IMG/VR virus record: IMGVR_UViG_3300027782_003601
Location: 1 to 64,000 of that record
Origin: a virus
Strand: one strand, 5' to 3'
Length of the DNA stretch: 64,000 nucleotides
Part shown: positions 47,625 through 57,576 of the stretch, piece after piece
Layout of the letters: each line of letters starts with the position of its first letter
Position numbering within the stretch: the first letter of the stretch is position 1
Made by a program: the position numbers and the translations under genes
Notes under the pieces: generated by a model
Seen by the model: the letters and a program-made list of their open reading frames with translations, nothing else
Databases searched by the model: none
What the model was told of the DNA's origin: nothing

Positions 47625-48002
47625 ATGAATAACTTAAAATATTTCTCCCAACAAAATTACGAATTAAAGAAAGAAATTGAGCGTGGAGTTATCCACATCC
47701 CTGCTAACCATAAAGATTTAGAATACAATTATGTTGGTTTGGATGAGGTTGAAGGGTTTGAATCCCAATCATCGGAATTTAGAGGATTTGAGATTGAAGA
47801 TATGAGTAAAGAATTGAATTTGGTGATGGGTTCTATTTTAACACCTATTGAAAGATGTGTTATTGAATTGGCATTTGGTTTATCGGGTGATAGAGAAATG
47901 AGTGTTAATGAGATTGGAACGGAGTTAATGTACACCAACACCCACATCTCTTCAACCAAAAAACGGGCAATGAAGAAACTTCAAAATTACTTCTTAAATT
48001 AA
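47625..48002 (+). CDS. Stand-alone sigma70 region-4-like HTH protein
   Basis: LTPIERCVIELAFGL...MSVNEIG.EL...ISSTKKRAMKKL. Confidence 0.8.
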   Translation: MNNLKYFSQQNYELKKEIERGVIHIPANHKDLEYNYVGLDEVEGFESQSSEFRGFEIEDMSKELNLVMGSILTPIERCVIELAFGLSGDREMSVNEIGTELMYTNTHISSTKKRAMKKLQNYFLN

Positions 48003-48074
48003 TTCCTAAACGACTTGACATTGTGATTAGAATTTTGTATATTGTATTTTAATTAGTTATTAACCCCCTTTATT

Positions 48075-48308
48075 ATGAATGTTGATAAAATTAGAGATTT
48101 ACGTTTGATGATTGGTGAATCGGTTTCAGAGAATCGTTCTCCTACATTCCGTGCTAAGTTATTAGAAGTTTATGAGAATCCAAATCAATGTTTGATGGAA
48201 GTTGCTTATAACCACTACGAAGATGGTGTTGGTGCTAAATCAAACCATAAGGTAGGTGCTAGGTATCTTGCTCCTATTGACCGTATTTGGAACGCATTTT
48301 ATTATTGA
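48075..48308 (+). CDS. Hypothetical early protein
   Basis: Own promoter. Confidence 0.65.
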   Translation: MNVDKIRDLRLMIGESVSENRSPTFRAKLLEVYENPNQCLMEVAYNHYEDGVGAKSNHKVGARYLAPIDRIWNAFYY

Positions 48309-48338
48309 TTTATTTAAACCCCTTAACCCCCTTATATT

Positions 48339-48599
48339 ATGGATTATCTTTTATTTGACCGTCATGCCAATATGAGTAAAGAAACTCTTTTTGAGATTGG
48401 TAAGATTATTAGTGATATTGAGATTAACTATGATAGGAATAAATCCTTTCCTTTGGTTAATATGTTGTATGGTTTGTACGATGGATACTTCTACGTTGAT
48501 TTAATACCTATTGCTTGGGGATATTTAACCAATGATGATTTCCTACGTTTATCAGAGATAGTAAATGTGGTTGAAAAATATCCAAAATTTTTACATTAA
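48339..48599 (+). CDS. Hypothetical early protein
   Basis: ORF track. Confidence 0.65.
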   Translation: MDYLLFDRHANMSKETLFEIGKIISDIEINYDRNKSFPLVNMLYGLYDGYFYVDLIPIAWGYLTNDDFLRLSEIVNVVEKYPKFLH

Positions 48600-48691
48600 A
48601 AGCTTGGATATATTCTCAAAATTTTGTATCTTTGTTATATGTGAGAGCGATAGTACTCCACTTTAAAACTTAAACTTTAAACCCCTTTCCA

Positions 48692-49165
48692 ATGTCTACT
48701 TCAAATTTTTACAATGTTAATGCTTCCCATATCTTCGCAGTTCAATTAGAAGATACCTATGAGTACGATGATTTAATCCAAAACTTAGAATCAGAGTTTA
48801 ATTCACATAAAGATTATTCTAATCATAGTAAATCAGACCCTAACAATTTACGTTCTTATCCATCCACTTCAATTGGTTCTTTCTCCAATGCAGTAATGAT
48901 AGGAGAAGATGAGGTTGAAGTTTGGGTTACACCTGTTGTTCGTAGTGGTTACTATGATGGTGTGAACTTAGATTGGCATGTTCTATACTATGTTAATGGT
49001 TATGAATATGAATCCTATGAGCACTACGATGATACCAACATTCAATCATTAGTGTATGAGTATGTAGATTTCATTGAGAATGTATTTTCACAATACTCCC
49101 AACCTTTAGGTGTTACTGCTCAATTTTCTAACGGAGAAACAATTTATCACCCAATAAACTTTTAA
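48692..49165 (+). CDS. Acidic early protein
   Basis: RSGYYDGVNLD...AQFSNGETIY. Confidence 0.75.
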   Translation: MSTSNFYNVNASHIFAVQLEDTYEYDDLIQNLESEFNSHKDYSNHSKSDPNNLRSYPSTSIGSFSNAVMIGEDEVEVWVTPVVRSGYYDGVNLDWHVLYYVNGYEYESYEHYDDTNIQSLVYEYVDFIENVFSQYSQPLGVTAQFSNGETIYHPINF

Positions 49166-49176
49166 TCCCCTTTACT

Positions 49177-49389
49177 ATGAAAAACGTAAATAATATGAGT
49201 GATTTTAATTTGTATAATACCACAATCATCTACCACATATGGGATAAAGATGATGAATACCACGTATCCAAAATCGGAAACGAAGGAAATACGGAATGGA
49301 AATGGGAGGTAGAATCCTTAACCTATGGTCCGATTAGTAAAAGAACGAATTTGTATAAAAACTTAATCCAATACTGTAGTGAGTTATGA
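49177..49389 (+). CDS. Hypothetical early protein
   Basis: ORF track. Confidence 0.6.
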   Translation: MKNVNNMSDFNLYNTTIIYHIWDKDDEYHVSKIGNEGNTEWKWEVESLTYGPISKRTNLYKNLIQYCSEL

Positions 49390-49712
49390 AAGCACCAATC
49401 AACTTTAGTACGAGATTGAACGGATATGAGATGGAGGTCGATGGAACGCAGTTTGAGATTACGACCAACATAAGATTGGATAATATGATGTGGATATCTC
49501 CAAAGGATAGAACTCCTAACTGCTTAGGTTTATTGTTTAATTGGGATAGGGAGCAGTATGATATTGTAGTGATAAACAATTTATCCGGTACTTCGGATTA
49601 TTCTCGTTCAAAGCAGGATTTGGGTTTCTCTCCACATAAGTTCAAAACATTTGATTCGTTCATCCAATTTACTTCAGTACTAATCAGAGACCATAAAGGA
49701 TTATTTAATTAA
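49386..49712 (+). CDS. Hypothetical protein
   Basis: ORF track. Confidence 0.65.
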   Translation: MKAPINFSTRLNGYEMEVDGTQFEITTNIRLDNMMWISPKDRTPNCLGLLFNWDREQYDIVVINNLSGTSDYSRSKQDLGFSPHKFKTFDSFIQFTSVLIRDHKGLFN

Positions 49713-49713
49713 G

Positions 49714-50055
49714 ATGCTAACAATCCATAACTTTAAATTATTAGAAGGGACACAATGTGGTGGGTGGAGGATTGATTCTATATTGGATTCTGTCTATAAA
49801 TACGATACGGCTTTGAATATCATAGAACCAAAGTGTTACTCATTTTCATTTGTATCACCATTGGGTATGAATAGGGGTAAGTTGTTATTGACAAGGAAAT
49901 ACGATGTATTTTATAAGACACAATATAGGTATGAACTATGGTTGAATGGAAAGCAGTTTGATACTGGTGGGATAAGTGGGAACGGGTTAAAGAATAAGAA
50001 TGCATTTATACAATCCGTAGTAGATACATTAGATTACCAATTGAAGAATACCTAA
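49714..50055 (+). CDS. Hypothetical protein (LxIxN family)
   Basis: MLTIHN. Confidence 0.65.
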   Translation: MLTIHNFKLLEGTQCGGWRIDSILDSVYKYDTALNIIEPKCYSFSFVSPLGMNRGKLLLTRKYDVFYKTQYRYELWLNGKQFDTGGISGNGLKNKNAFIQSVVDTLDYQLKNT

Positions 50056-50240
50056 ACTATCAATAGAGATAACAAATTTTCTTTTTGACTTCAATTCCCC
50101 CCTGCCCCCTCCCCCAAAAATAATTTAAAAATATTTTCAAAAAGGCTTGACTTTTAATACAGAATTTTGTATCTTTGTTATATGTGAGAGAGTGATGTAA
50201 TTCTCTCCATTTTAAACTTTCAACCTTAAACCCCTTTGTT

Positions 50241-50549
50241 ATGACCCTTTCCGAAACCCCCATCCCCACACAAGTCCAAAGAAACTTTCTTACCGACCTC
50301 AATCTTTTCATTGAGTACTGTAACGATTTCTACAACATTAAGAGTGGTGTGTACCCCATCGCAAAACGTAGTGAAATTATCAACGCAATCGGTGAGTACC
50401 TTACAGAACCCCATCCATATGATATTCAGTTTGATTCTATAGATAGAGAGAAAGTGAGAGAGATATTAGAACCATCTTACAGTTGGGCAGGTGTTAGTGG
50501 TGGTATTTCTTTCGGTCCTGCTATTGAATTTACAGTTTGTGAAGAATAA
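50241..50549 (+). CDS. Hypothetical early protein
   Basis: Own promoter; FDSIDREKVR. Confidence 0.7.
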   Translation: MTLSETPIPTQVQRNFLTDLNLFIEYCNDFYNIKSGVYPIAKRSEIINAIGEYLTEPHPYDIQFDSIDREKVREILEPSYSWAGVSGGISFGPAIEFTVCEE

Positions 50550-50576
50550 TTTTTAAACTTTAAAACCCCTTATATT

Positions 50577-50810
50577 ATGAAAAAGTTCACTATTGAAGAA
50601 ATCCGAAATTTTGCTGAAAACCTTAACGCAGTTGAGTTTGAAGCCTTTTGTGATAAAGCTAAAATCCACACAAGTTGGTTGGATATTGATAACCTTATGA
50701 ACTATAACCAAGGTTATTACAACGTAGAGTTACGAGATTATGATTTGTTTGTAAGTTACTACGATGGTGTATTAGAAGAGTTTACTGAATTAGAACTACA
50801 ATATAACTAA
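50577..50810 (+). CDS. Small acidic protein
   Basis: ORF track. Confidence 0.65.
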   Translation: MKKFTIEEIRNFAENLNAVEFEAFCDKAKIHTSWLDIDNLMNYNQGYYNVELRDYDLFVSYYDGVLEEFTELELQYN

Positions 50811-50815
50811 AAGAT

Positions 50816-51055
50816 ATGAATACTTTAGAAATAGTTGGTTACTTTGCAATGGGATTATCTGTTTTATCCTTTGCGCTTTCTAAACAAAAGTTAGTAAGAA
50901 CAGTCAACTTAGTTGCTTGTTTGATTTGGGTATGGTATGGATTTTTAATTCAAAACAATCCTACTATCATCGTCAACGTTATGGTGTGTATGGTACACTT
51001 TTTTTGGTTTATTAAAAGATGGCATAGGATTCACAAATTAAATCGTAAAGGATAA
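50816..51055 (+). CDS. YgjV-like small membrane protein
   Basis: 3 TM; GY.A...SF...R.VN..C..W..YG...P.IIVN. Confidence 0.7.
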   Translation: MNTLEIVGYFAMGLSVLSFALSKQKLVRTVNLVACLIWVWYGFLIQNNPTIIVNVMVCMVHFFWFIKRWHRIHKLNRKG

Positions 51056-51060
51056 AAATA

Positions 51061-51411
51061 ATGGAAAATAAAGAATTTTTAAGTCACTCACAATGCCAAG
51101 CATTAGCCGAATTAAACTACGATGGGGATTATGATTATACCTATCATGCAACAGGAGAACTATGGGAACGTATTAAGAAAGCAAAGGTTGAAAGACACAC
51201 ACCAGCACCACTCAAACAACAAGTATTTAGATGGTTTAGGGAGAAGTATGATGCACATATTCATCCAACAAAACTTATGCCGGATGTCTATATAATTCAT
51301 TATGGCACATGGACAAGCATAACATTCAATACCTATGAAGAAGCCGAAAGTGCATGTATAGATAAATTTATTGAACTAGCTAAACAAGACAATGAAAATT
51401 ATACTAAATAA
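51061..51411 (+). CDS. Hypothetical phage protein
   Basis: APLKQQVFRWFREKY...TYEEAE. Confidence 0.75.
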   Translation: MENKEFLSHSQCQALAELNYDGDYDYTYHATGELWERIKKAKVERHTPAPLKQQVFRWFREKYDAHIHPTKLMPDVYIIHYGTWTSITFNTYEEAESACIDKFIELAKQDNENYTK

Positions 51412-52045
51412 GGGACAAAATTTGTGGTTTACATCTGATACTCACTACAATCATGCCAACATATGCTCATCCACAACTCAATGGTCTAACCCAGTTACAT
51501 TAAGGGATTTTAAAACATTAGAACATATGAACGCCCACATTGTTGGTAACATCAACGAAATGGTCGGACAAGATGATATCCTTTTTCATTTAGGTGATTG
51601 GTCATTTGGTGGATTTGAACAAATACAAATATTCAGAGATAGTATTTTTTGTAAAAACGTTCACATCATTACAGGTAATCATGACCACCATATTGAAAGA
51701 AACAAAGAAGATGTACAATCTCTTTTTAGTTCAGTAAACAAATATGTAGAATTGAATGTAAAATGGGATGTTGCGACTCAATTACAAAGAGAACAAAGTT
51801 TTATTTTAATGCACTTTCCGATTGCAAGTTGGAACAATTTGGCAAAAGGAGTAATTCACTTACATGGACACGTTCACTTACCAGCAGAACGTAGGATTGG
51901 ACCAGGTAAAATTATGGATGTAGGAGTTGATGGTAATGGTTTAAATCCAATCAGTTTAGAAGAGATATTAAAGATTATGGAGAAACAACCAATTAATAGT
52001 ATGATACCGGATGACCACCATACAATTGTAGAAAATTATAGATAA
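51392..52045 (+). CDS. Calcineurin-like phosphoesterase
   Basis: TSDTHYNH, HLGD, GNHD, HFP, HGHVH, DVGVD. Confidence 0.9.
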   Translation: MKIILNKGQNLWFTSDTHYNHANICSSTTQWSNPVTLRDFKTLEHMNAHIVGNINEMVGQDDILFHLGDWSFGGFEQIQIFRDSIFCKNVHIITGNHDHHIERNKEDVQSLFSSVNKYVELNVKWDVATQLQREQSFILMHFPIASWNNLAKGVIHLHGHVHLPAERRIGPGKIMDVGVDGNGLNPISLEEILKIMEKQPINSMIPDDHHTIVENYR

Positions 52046-52046
52046 A

Positions 52047-52259
52047 ATGAAAAAAATTAAATTAGTAAAATATGATTACAAATCTATGCCAAAAGAATGG
52101 AGAGTAGATAATCCAAATCCATTTGAAGGACAAGTATTTGCTTTAATTGGTGAAGTAAAAGGAATGCCGGGTCATTCTTATTTACAAAATATAGAAACTG
52201 GTGTACCAATTATATTGGATACCGATAACTTAATTGAATTAAATGAAGATGAATTATGA
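52047..52259 (+). CDS. Hypothetical protein
   Basis: ORF track. Confidence 0.65.
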   Translation: MKKIKLVKYDYKSMPKEWRVDNPNPFEGQVFALIGEVKGMPGHSYLQNIETGVPIILDTDNLIELNEDEL

Positions 52260-52675
52260 TACCAAAGATATTAATATTATTAAGAGGATTACCAGGTAGT
52301 GGTAAATCAACATTTGCTAAAACTATGTGGAGTGAGTATGTAATTTGTGAAGCAGATGATTATTTTGTAGATAAGGAAACCGGCGAATATAAGTTCAACG
52401 CAAGGGATTTACCTAAAGCACATAATTGGTGTAGATTTAGAGTAGAAACATTTATGAAGGATAATATAGCAAATGAACAATTCTATTCCGAAATTGTAGT
52501 ATCAAACACATTCACACAAGAGTGGGAGATGGAAGAGTACTTTAAGTTAGCCAAAGAATACGGATATAAAGTATTCACTCTAATCGTTGAGAACAGACAT
52601 GGTGGTGTGAATGGGCACGGAGTACCAAAAGAAAAGTTAGAACAAATGAAAGATAGATTCAGTATTAAATTGTAA
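52256..52675 (+). CDS. Polynucleotide-kinase-like P-loop protein
   Basis: RGLPGSGKST, EADDYF, VSNTF, HGVP. Confidence 0.85.
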   Translation: MIPKILILLRGLPGSGKSTFAKTMWSEYVICEADDYFVDKETGEYKFNARDLPKAHNWCRFRVETFMKDNIANEQFYSEIVVSNTFTQEWEMEEYFKLAKEYGYKVFTLIVENRHGGVNGHGVPKEKLEQMKDRFSIKL

Positions 52676-52678
52676 GTT

Positions 52679-52951
52679 ATGAAACCACCAAAAGATTACG
52701 CAGAAGAGTTAATAGAAAAATTTAAGCCAATGTGTCATAATGTAAAGCATACGGGTATTTTAAATGGCTTAGCAACTGTTATGAATGATGACATTATTAA
52801 TTTTTATGCAGCAAAGGAATGTGCACTAATTGCAGTAGATGAGATGATTGAATCGTATGAGTTTGATATGATAAGTGATATGACAAATCAAAGATATATA
52901 GATAAATTAAATTATTTGGATGAAGTTAGACAAGAAATAAATAAGTTATGA
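52679..52951 (+). CDS. Hypothetical phage protein
   Basis: AKECALIAVDEMI. Confidence 0.7.
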   Translation: MKPPKDYAEELIEKFKPMCHNVKHTGILNGLATVMNDDIINFYAAKECALIAVDEMIESYEFDMISDMTNQRYIDKLNYLDEVRQEINKL

Positions 52952-54042
52952 AATACAATTTAGAAGTTTTAGAGGAGTATATAGATAAGGGTTTGGTGAT
53001 TAAACAAAATCATCCTACACTCCCTTTGTCTATATACAACTATTCCCGTGAATGCCAATACAATGGATTGTGGGATGATATTACTTTGAATTGCAGAGGG
53101 TTAGTGTTAGATAATAAAGGTAATGTGGTTGCTAAACCTTTTCCAAAGTTCTTTAACTATGAAGAACATAAACCAGAAGATATCCCAAATGAAAACTTTG
53201 AGGTATATGAGAAGATGGATGGCTCGTTGGGTATTGTATTCCACTACAACAATGAATGGCATGTAGCAACACGTGGTTCATTCCAATCCGACCAAGCAAT
53301 CAAAGGTAGAGAATTATTGGAAAAATATAATTTTGAAAAACTACATACCGATTACACATATTTGTTTGAAATAATTTATAATGAAAATAGAATAGTATGT
53401 AATTATGATTTTGAAGATATTGTTTTATTGGGTATAATAAATACAAAAACAGGTAATGAAGTTAATCTAAATAATGATACCGAAGATATTCGTATTAAAA
53501 ATATTATTTCTAATATTGGGTTTCGTATTGTTACATTATATAAAACTTGGGGAGAGGATTGGGAAACTTTGAAAAAAGAAATATCCAAAGATAAAGAAGG
53601 ATATGTAATTCGTTTTTCAGGTGGTATGCGAATGAAGATTAAAGGAGATGAGTATGTTCGTTTACATAGAATTCTTACCAACTTTTCTACCAAAGATATT
53701 TGGGAATTGTTAAAGAATGGAGAACCATTAGAACCATTTTTAGAAAGAGTGCCTGACGAATTTGATGATTGGGTTAAGCATACTGCTATGAATTTAAGAT
53801 GGAGTTTTCACCACATTGACGAGAGAGTAGGTAAGATGTACGACTATTTCCGTTACGGTAAGTTTAATGATAGATATCCCGAGCCAACAAAAAAAGAGTT
53901 TGCTGAATATGTAATGACTCAATCTGAAGAATTAAGACCAATTTTGTTTAAGATGTGGGATAACGCATCATATGATGATATAATTTGGAGTATGATTAAA
54001 CCGAAATATTCTAAACCATTTTCTTCTGATGAAAGTATTTAA
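52948..54042 (+). CDS. T4 Rnl1-like RNA ligase
   Basis: CRGL, KFFN, EKMDGS (motif I), TRGSF, FEII, EGYV, KIK. Confidence 0.9.
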   Translation: MKYNLEVLEEYIDKGLVIKQNHPTLPLSIYNYSRECQYNGLWDDITLNCRGLVLDNKGNVVAKPFPKFFNYEEHKPEDIPNENFEVYEKMDGSLGIVFHYNNEWHVATRGSFQSDQAIKGRELLEKYNFEKLHTDYTYLFEIIYNENRIVCNYDFEDIVLLGIINTKTGNEVNLNNDTEDIRIKNIISNIGFRIVTLYKTWGEDWETLKKEISKDKEGYVIRFSGGMRMKIKGDEYVRLHRILTNFSTKDIWELLKNGEPLEPFLERVPDEFDDWVKHTAMNLRWSFHHIDERVGKMYDYFRYGKFNDRYPEPTKKEFAEYVMTQSEELRPILFKMWDNASYDDIIWSMIKPKYSKPFSSDESI

Positions 54043-54108
54043 TTAATTAGTTTGGATTAAATTAAGACCAAAATTGGAATATCATATATTTATATAAAAA
54101 ATTAATAT

Positions 54109-54906
54109 ATGGCTTATACATACAAACATATCAGAAAAGATAATAATGATGTTTTTTATGTAGGAATAGGTAAAACAAAAAAACGATTATATTCACATTC
54201 AAACCGAAATAAACATTGGAAAAACATAGTAAATAAAGTTGGGTACGATGCTGAAATTATTGAAGATAATCTAACATGGGAAGAAGCTTGTGGAAAAGAA
54301 AAAGAACTTATTATGTATTATGGTAGATTTGATTTAGGGTTGGGAAAATTGGTCAATATGACAAATGGTGGGGATGGTGTTAATGGGCTAATACATACCG
54401 CCGAACATCGCATGAAAAATAGTTTATCAAATAAAAATAAAATTGTTAGCGAAGAAACTAAACAAAAAATGAGTAAATCGGCAAAAAAACGTGGAATTAA
54501 ACCACCATCAAAACCGATTGGGTGGAAACATTCAGAGGACGCTATAAAAAAAATGAGTGAATCACATAAACATATACATAATGGTGATTTGAATAATTTT
54601 TTTGGAAAAACACATACTGATGAAGTTAAAGAAAAATTAAGAAATTTACGTTTGGGTAAAAAAATGAGTGAAGAAACAAAAGAAAAAATATCCAAATCAA
54701 ATGTAGGAAAAAAAAGAAAACCATTTTCTGAAGAAACTAAACAAAAAATGGCAGAATCCGCTAAAAAACGTGGAGCTAAACCGCCATCACGATTAGGTAA
54801 AAATCATAGTGAAGAAACTAAACAGAAAATGAGAGAGGTTGCCAACAGTAAAATTACCAATAAGATAGAGTACGAAAAACCTTTTAAAAAAGATGAAAAT
54901 AATTAA
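54109..54906 (+). mobile_element. Free-standing GIY-YIG homing endonuclease with NUMOD3 repeats
   Basis: YTY..VFYVGIG; NMTNGGDG; repeated (H)SEETKQKM. Confidence 0.88.
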
Positions 54907-54986
54907 AGTTTTACTTGACTTTTAATCCAGAATTTTGTATCTTTACTATGTAGTTCGGGTTGAGCTACTTTAAACCCCTTTCCGAT

Positions 54987-55346
54987 ATGAGCTTACCATT
55001 TAACCTTAGTTCAGTTTTAGCCACCGCTTCTTTAGTAGAAGGGTTTGATGTTGTTAAAAATGCTTTCCCAGTTGAGGGACGATTTACAAAAAGTATCATC
55101 ACTTATGGTGATGCAGTTCATTCAGCACTTTCAGATGTTGCTGATGATTATATGGATTGGCCAGAAGACCAAGGGTTTGGTTCTTCCGATATGACTTATG
55201 TTCGTAAGTCGTTCATTGATTCATTGATTGATATGGCTAACCTACGTGGTTATTACGAAACTAAATTTTCTCCTTATCTTAAAGTTGTGGAATATTCGGA
55301 AGCTGAGTATCACGAACAACAACTGCGTAGAGAGCAGGGATTGTAA
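54987..55346 (+). CDS. Hypothetical early protein
   Basis: Own promoter, AACCCCTTT leader, ATG 54987. Confidence 0.7.
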   Translation: MSLPFNLSSVLATASLVEGFDVVKNAFPVEGRFTKSIITYGDAVHSALSDVADDYMDWPEDQGFGSSDMTYVRKSFIDSLIDMANLRGYYETKFSPYLKVVEYSEAEYHEQQLRREQGL

Positions 55347-55378
55347 TTATTATTGTTAAACTTTAAAACTTAAAACTT

Positions 55379-55624
55379 ATGTCAAATTTTCAATTTACTT
55401 TTAAAACAGATGCTGAATACTTTTCAAAGAAATTTACCGGCTATATTCCTAATTACGAATGTGTTAGGATGACAATTGCTAGACCCAATGGTAGTACGAT
55501 AGATTTCCCCATTCATACTGAAGAGGAATATACTACTTACTTATCTAAATATGTAAGGAATGGTGATAAGATTCTTAACACTTACCCAACCACTACTTTT
55601 TACGAATCAGAATATTGTTATTAA
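55379..55624 (+). CDS. Hypothetical protein
   Basis: ORF track. Confidence 0.65.
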   Translation: MSNFQFTFKTDAEYFSKKFTGYIPNYECVRMTIARPNGSTIDFPIHTEEEYTTYLSKYVRNGDKILNTYPTTTFYESEYCY

Positions 55625-55648
55625 ACTTAAAACTTAAATTATAAAATT

Positions 55649-56101
55649 ATGGGATTAGACATGTATTTAGAGAAGCGTACCTATGTTAAACAATGGAGCT
55701 TTCAAAAACCAGAAGAGCAGTATAATGTAGAAGTAACCAAAGGTGGTGAACCTACAAACATTAAACCTGAAAGGGTTACTCATATTGTTGAGGAAATTGG
55801 ATATTGGCGAAAGCAAAACCAAATACACCAATGGTTCGTTGAGAATGTACAGAATGGTGTAGATAATTGTGGTGAGTATTGTGTTAGTAAAGTTCAGTTA
55901 GAAGATTTGTTGGAAATATGTAAGAAAATACTAAACGATAATTCATTAGCAGAGGAATTATTACCAACTACAAGTGGTTTCTTCTTTGGTGGAACTGAAT
56001 ATGATGAATGGTACTTTGATGGTATTAAAAACACTATTGAGATTTTAGAAGAAGCATTATCTGATAATAGTGGCGATTACTATTACTCTTCATCTTGGTA
56101 A
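55649..56101 (+). CDS. Conserved phage protein (MGLDMYL...YWRK.N.IH.WF family)
   Basis: Motif pattern; GFFFGG; YYSSW end. Confidence 0.8.
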   Translation: MGLDMYLEKRTYVKQWSFQKPEEQYNVEVTKGGEPTNIKPERVTHIVEEIGYWRKQNQIHQWFVENVQNGVDNCGEYCVSKVQLEDLLEICKKILNDNSLAEELLPTTSGFFFGGTEYDEWYFDGIKNTIEILEEALSDNSGDYYYSSSW

Positions 56102-56121
56102 ACTTTTAAAATAATAAAAAA

Positions 56122-56379
56122 ATGAAAAAAATAATAGGATTACTTTTAATTTCAATCATATTGGTTTCCTGCTATGGAAATGGCATTGAAAAATCAAAAA
56201 CAAATAATGATGATTACGATGTTACCTATCTTTTTGAAAAAGATGATGTAAAGGTTTATCGTTTTTCGGATGGATTAAATTATCATTATTTTACAAGTAG
56301 AGGTGAAACCATAACAACACAGACAAGTGGTAGTGGTAAAAATGAAACTCATCGTGAAGAAAACATAAAATCTTATTAA
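56122..56379 (+). CDS. Lipoprotein, DUF4884-like
   Basis: LVSC lipobox; YLFEKDDVKVYRF.D...YFT. Confidence 0.7.
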   Translation: MKKIIGLLLISIILVSCYGNGIEKSKTNNDDYDVTYLFEKDDVKVYRFSDGLNYHYFTSRGETITTQTSGSGKNETHREENIKSY

Positions 56380-56380
56380 T

Positions 56381-56716
56381 ATGAAATTACTTAATGGGTT
56401 TGGTTTGATTATAATTGCCCAAATCATTTCATTCATACAATTACAAGGGCAAGGTAAGTGGGAATGGGCAAAAGAAAACCCATTCTTAATGGCAGTATGT
56501 GGTTTACCAGTTGGATATTTGTTTATTCATTCAACTCGTATAATTAATGAAGCAACAGGTGAAACCTGGCCAGGTCGTTTGATTGGGCAGGCAATCGGTA
56601 TCGTTATATTTTGTATAATGAGTTGGATTATGTTTAAAGAACCCCTAACTATAAAAACAGGAGTTTGTATTGCATTGGCATTGTGTGTAGTATTAATTCA
56701 AATTTTTTGGAAGTAA
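56381..56716 (+). CDS. SMR/DMT-like four-TM protein
   Basis: Four hydrophobic segments; FKEPLT. Confidence 0.7.
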   Translation: MKLLNGFGLIIIAQIISFIQLQGQGKWEWAKENPFLMAVCGLPVGYLFIHSTRIINEATGETWPGRLIGQAIGIVIFCIMSWIMFKEPLTIKTGVCIALALCVVLIQIFWK

Positions 56717-57207
56717 TGGAGCAAAAAGAATACGAAATTTATATGGCACAACAAATATCAGCATTGAATTCTAAATATAAAATGTCAGTTGCACAAACTT
56801 GGCAAGATAAATTATTAGAATCACTCAAAGATGAGGAGAATAATGGTATGCTGGTAGATACTCTTTCAAAACTTTTAGATGAACCCCCTAAAAAGAATGC
56901 AGAAAAACCTATAAAATTATCCAACCCTGGTAAGTTGGCAAGAGCTTATGATTTATTAAGTGGGGATATGGTTCTAATAAAATATATGGGAGAGACTAGT
57001 AAATCATATAGATATCTGTACACGATAGAACATAAACCCTCTAATACAGGAGAAATGCGGATAATGAAAGAAAAAAAGTATGGGTGTGTATATGTTGAGT
57101 TTGAATACCAAAACGGAGGTAAAGATGGTAGACGATATGAAATGGATGAATTTACAGATTTTGATACTTTTATGAATTTAATTGTAGATGTGATACGAAA
57201 ATTTTAA
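56716..57207 (+). CDS. Hypothetical protein
   Basis: ATG 56716. Confidence 0.65.
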   Translation: MEQKEYEIYMAQQISALNSKYKMSVAQTWQDKLLESLKDEENNGMLVDTLSKLLDEPPKKNAEKPIKLSNPGKLARAYDLLSGDMVLIKYMGETSKSYRYLYTIEHKPSNTGEMRIMKEKKYGCVYVEFEYQNGGKDGRRYEMDEFTDFDTFMNLIVDVIRKF

Positions 57208-57219
57208 AACGATATTTAT

Positions 57220-57576
57220 ATGTATAATTCAGAAGATATGTTAAGAGAGGAAGTTTATGACCGATTAGCAGAGGATTTTGGTACAACTATTGCGGTTGCA
57301 CATATTCTTGGTTACAAACATATAGAAGATGAGAAGCAAGATTATGAGCCAGTTCAGTATCGTAATATGAAATCTCAATTGGATGTGAATGGTATCATTT
57401 CTGAAGCAATTGATGGCAGTAAATATCAAACTTTACAAAGAGAGTTATTCCGATTAAAAGGTAAAATTTCACCAAAAATTAAGGAAACTACTATTTATAA
57501 TAAAGTTTGGAAAGATATAAATGGCAAAGCAACCAATAGAGCAAAACCCAAAGAGGTACAAAAAGAAGGAAGATAA
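57220..57576 (+). CDS. Hypothetical protein
   Basis: ORF track. Confidence 0.6.
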   Translation: MYNSEDMLREEVYDRLAEDFGTTIAVAHILGYKHIEDEKQDYEPVQYRNMKSQLDVNGIISEAIDGSKYQTLQRELFRLKGKISPKIKETTIYNKVWKDINGKATNRAKPKEVQKEGR

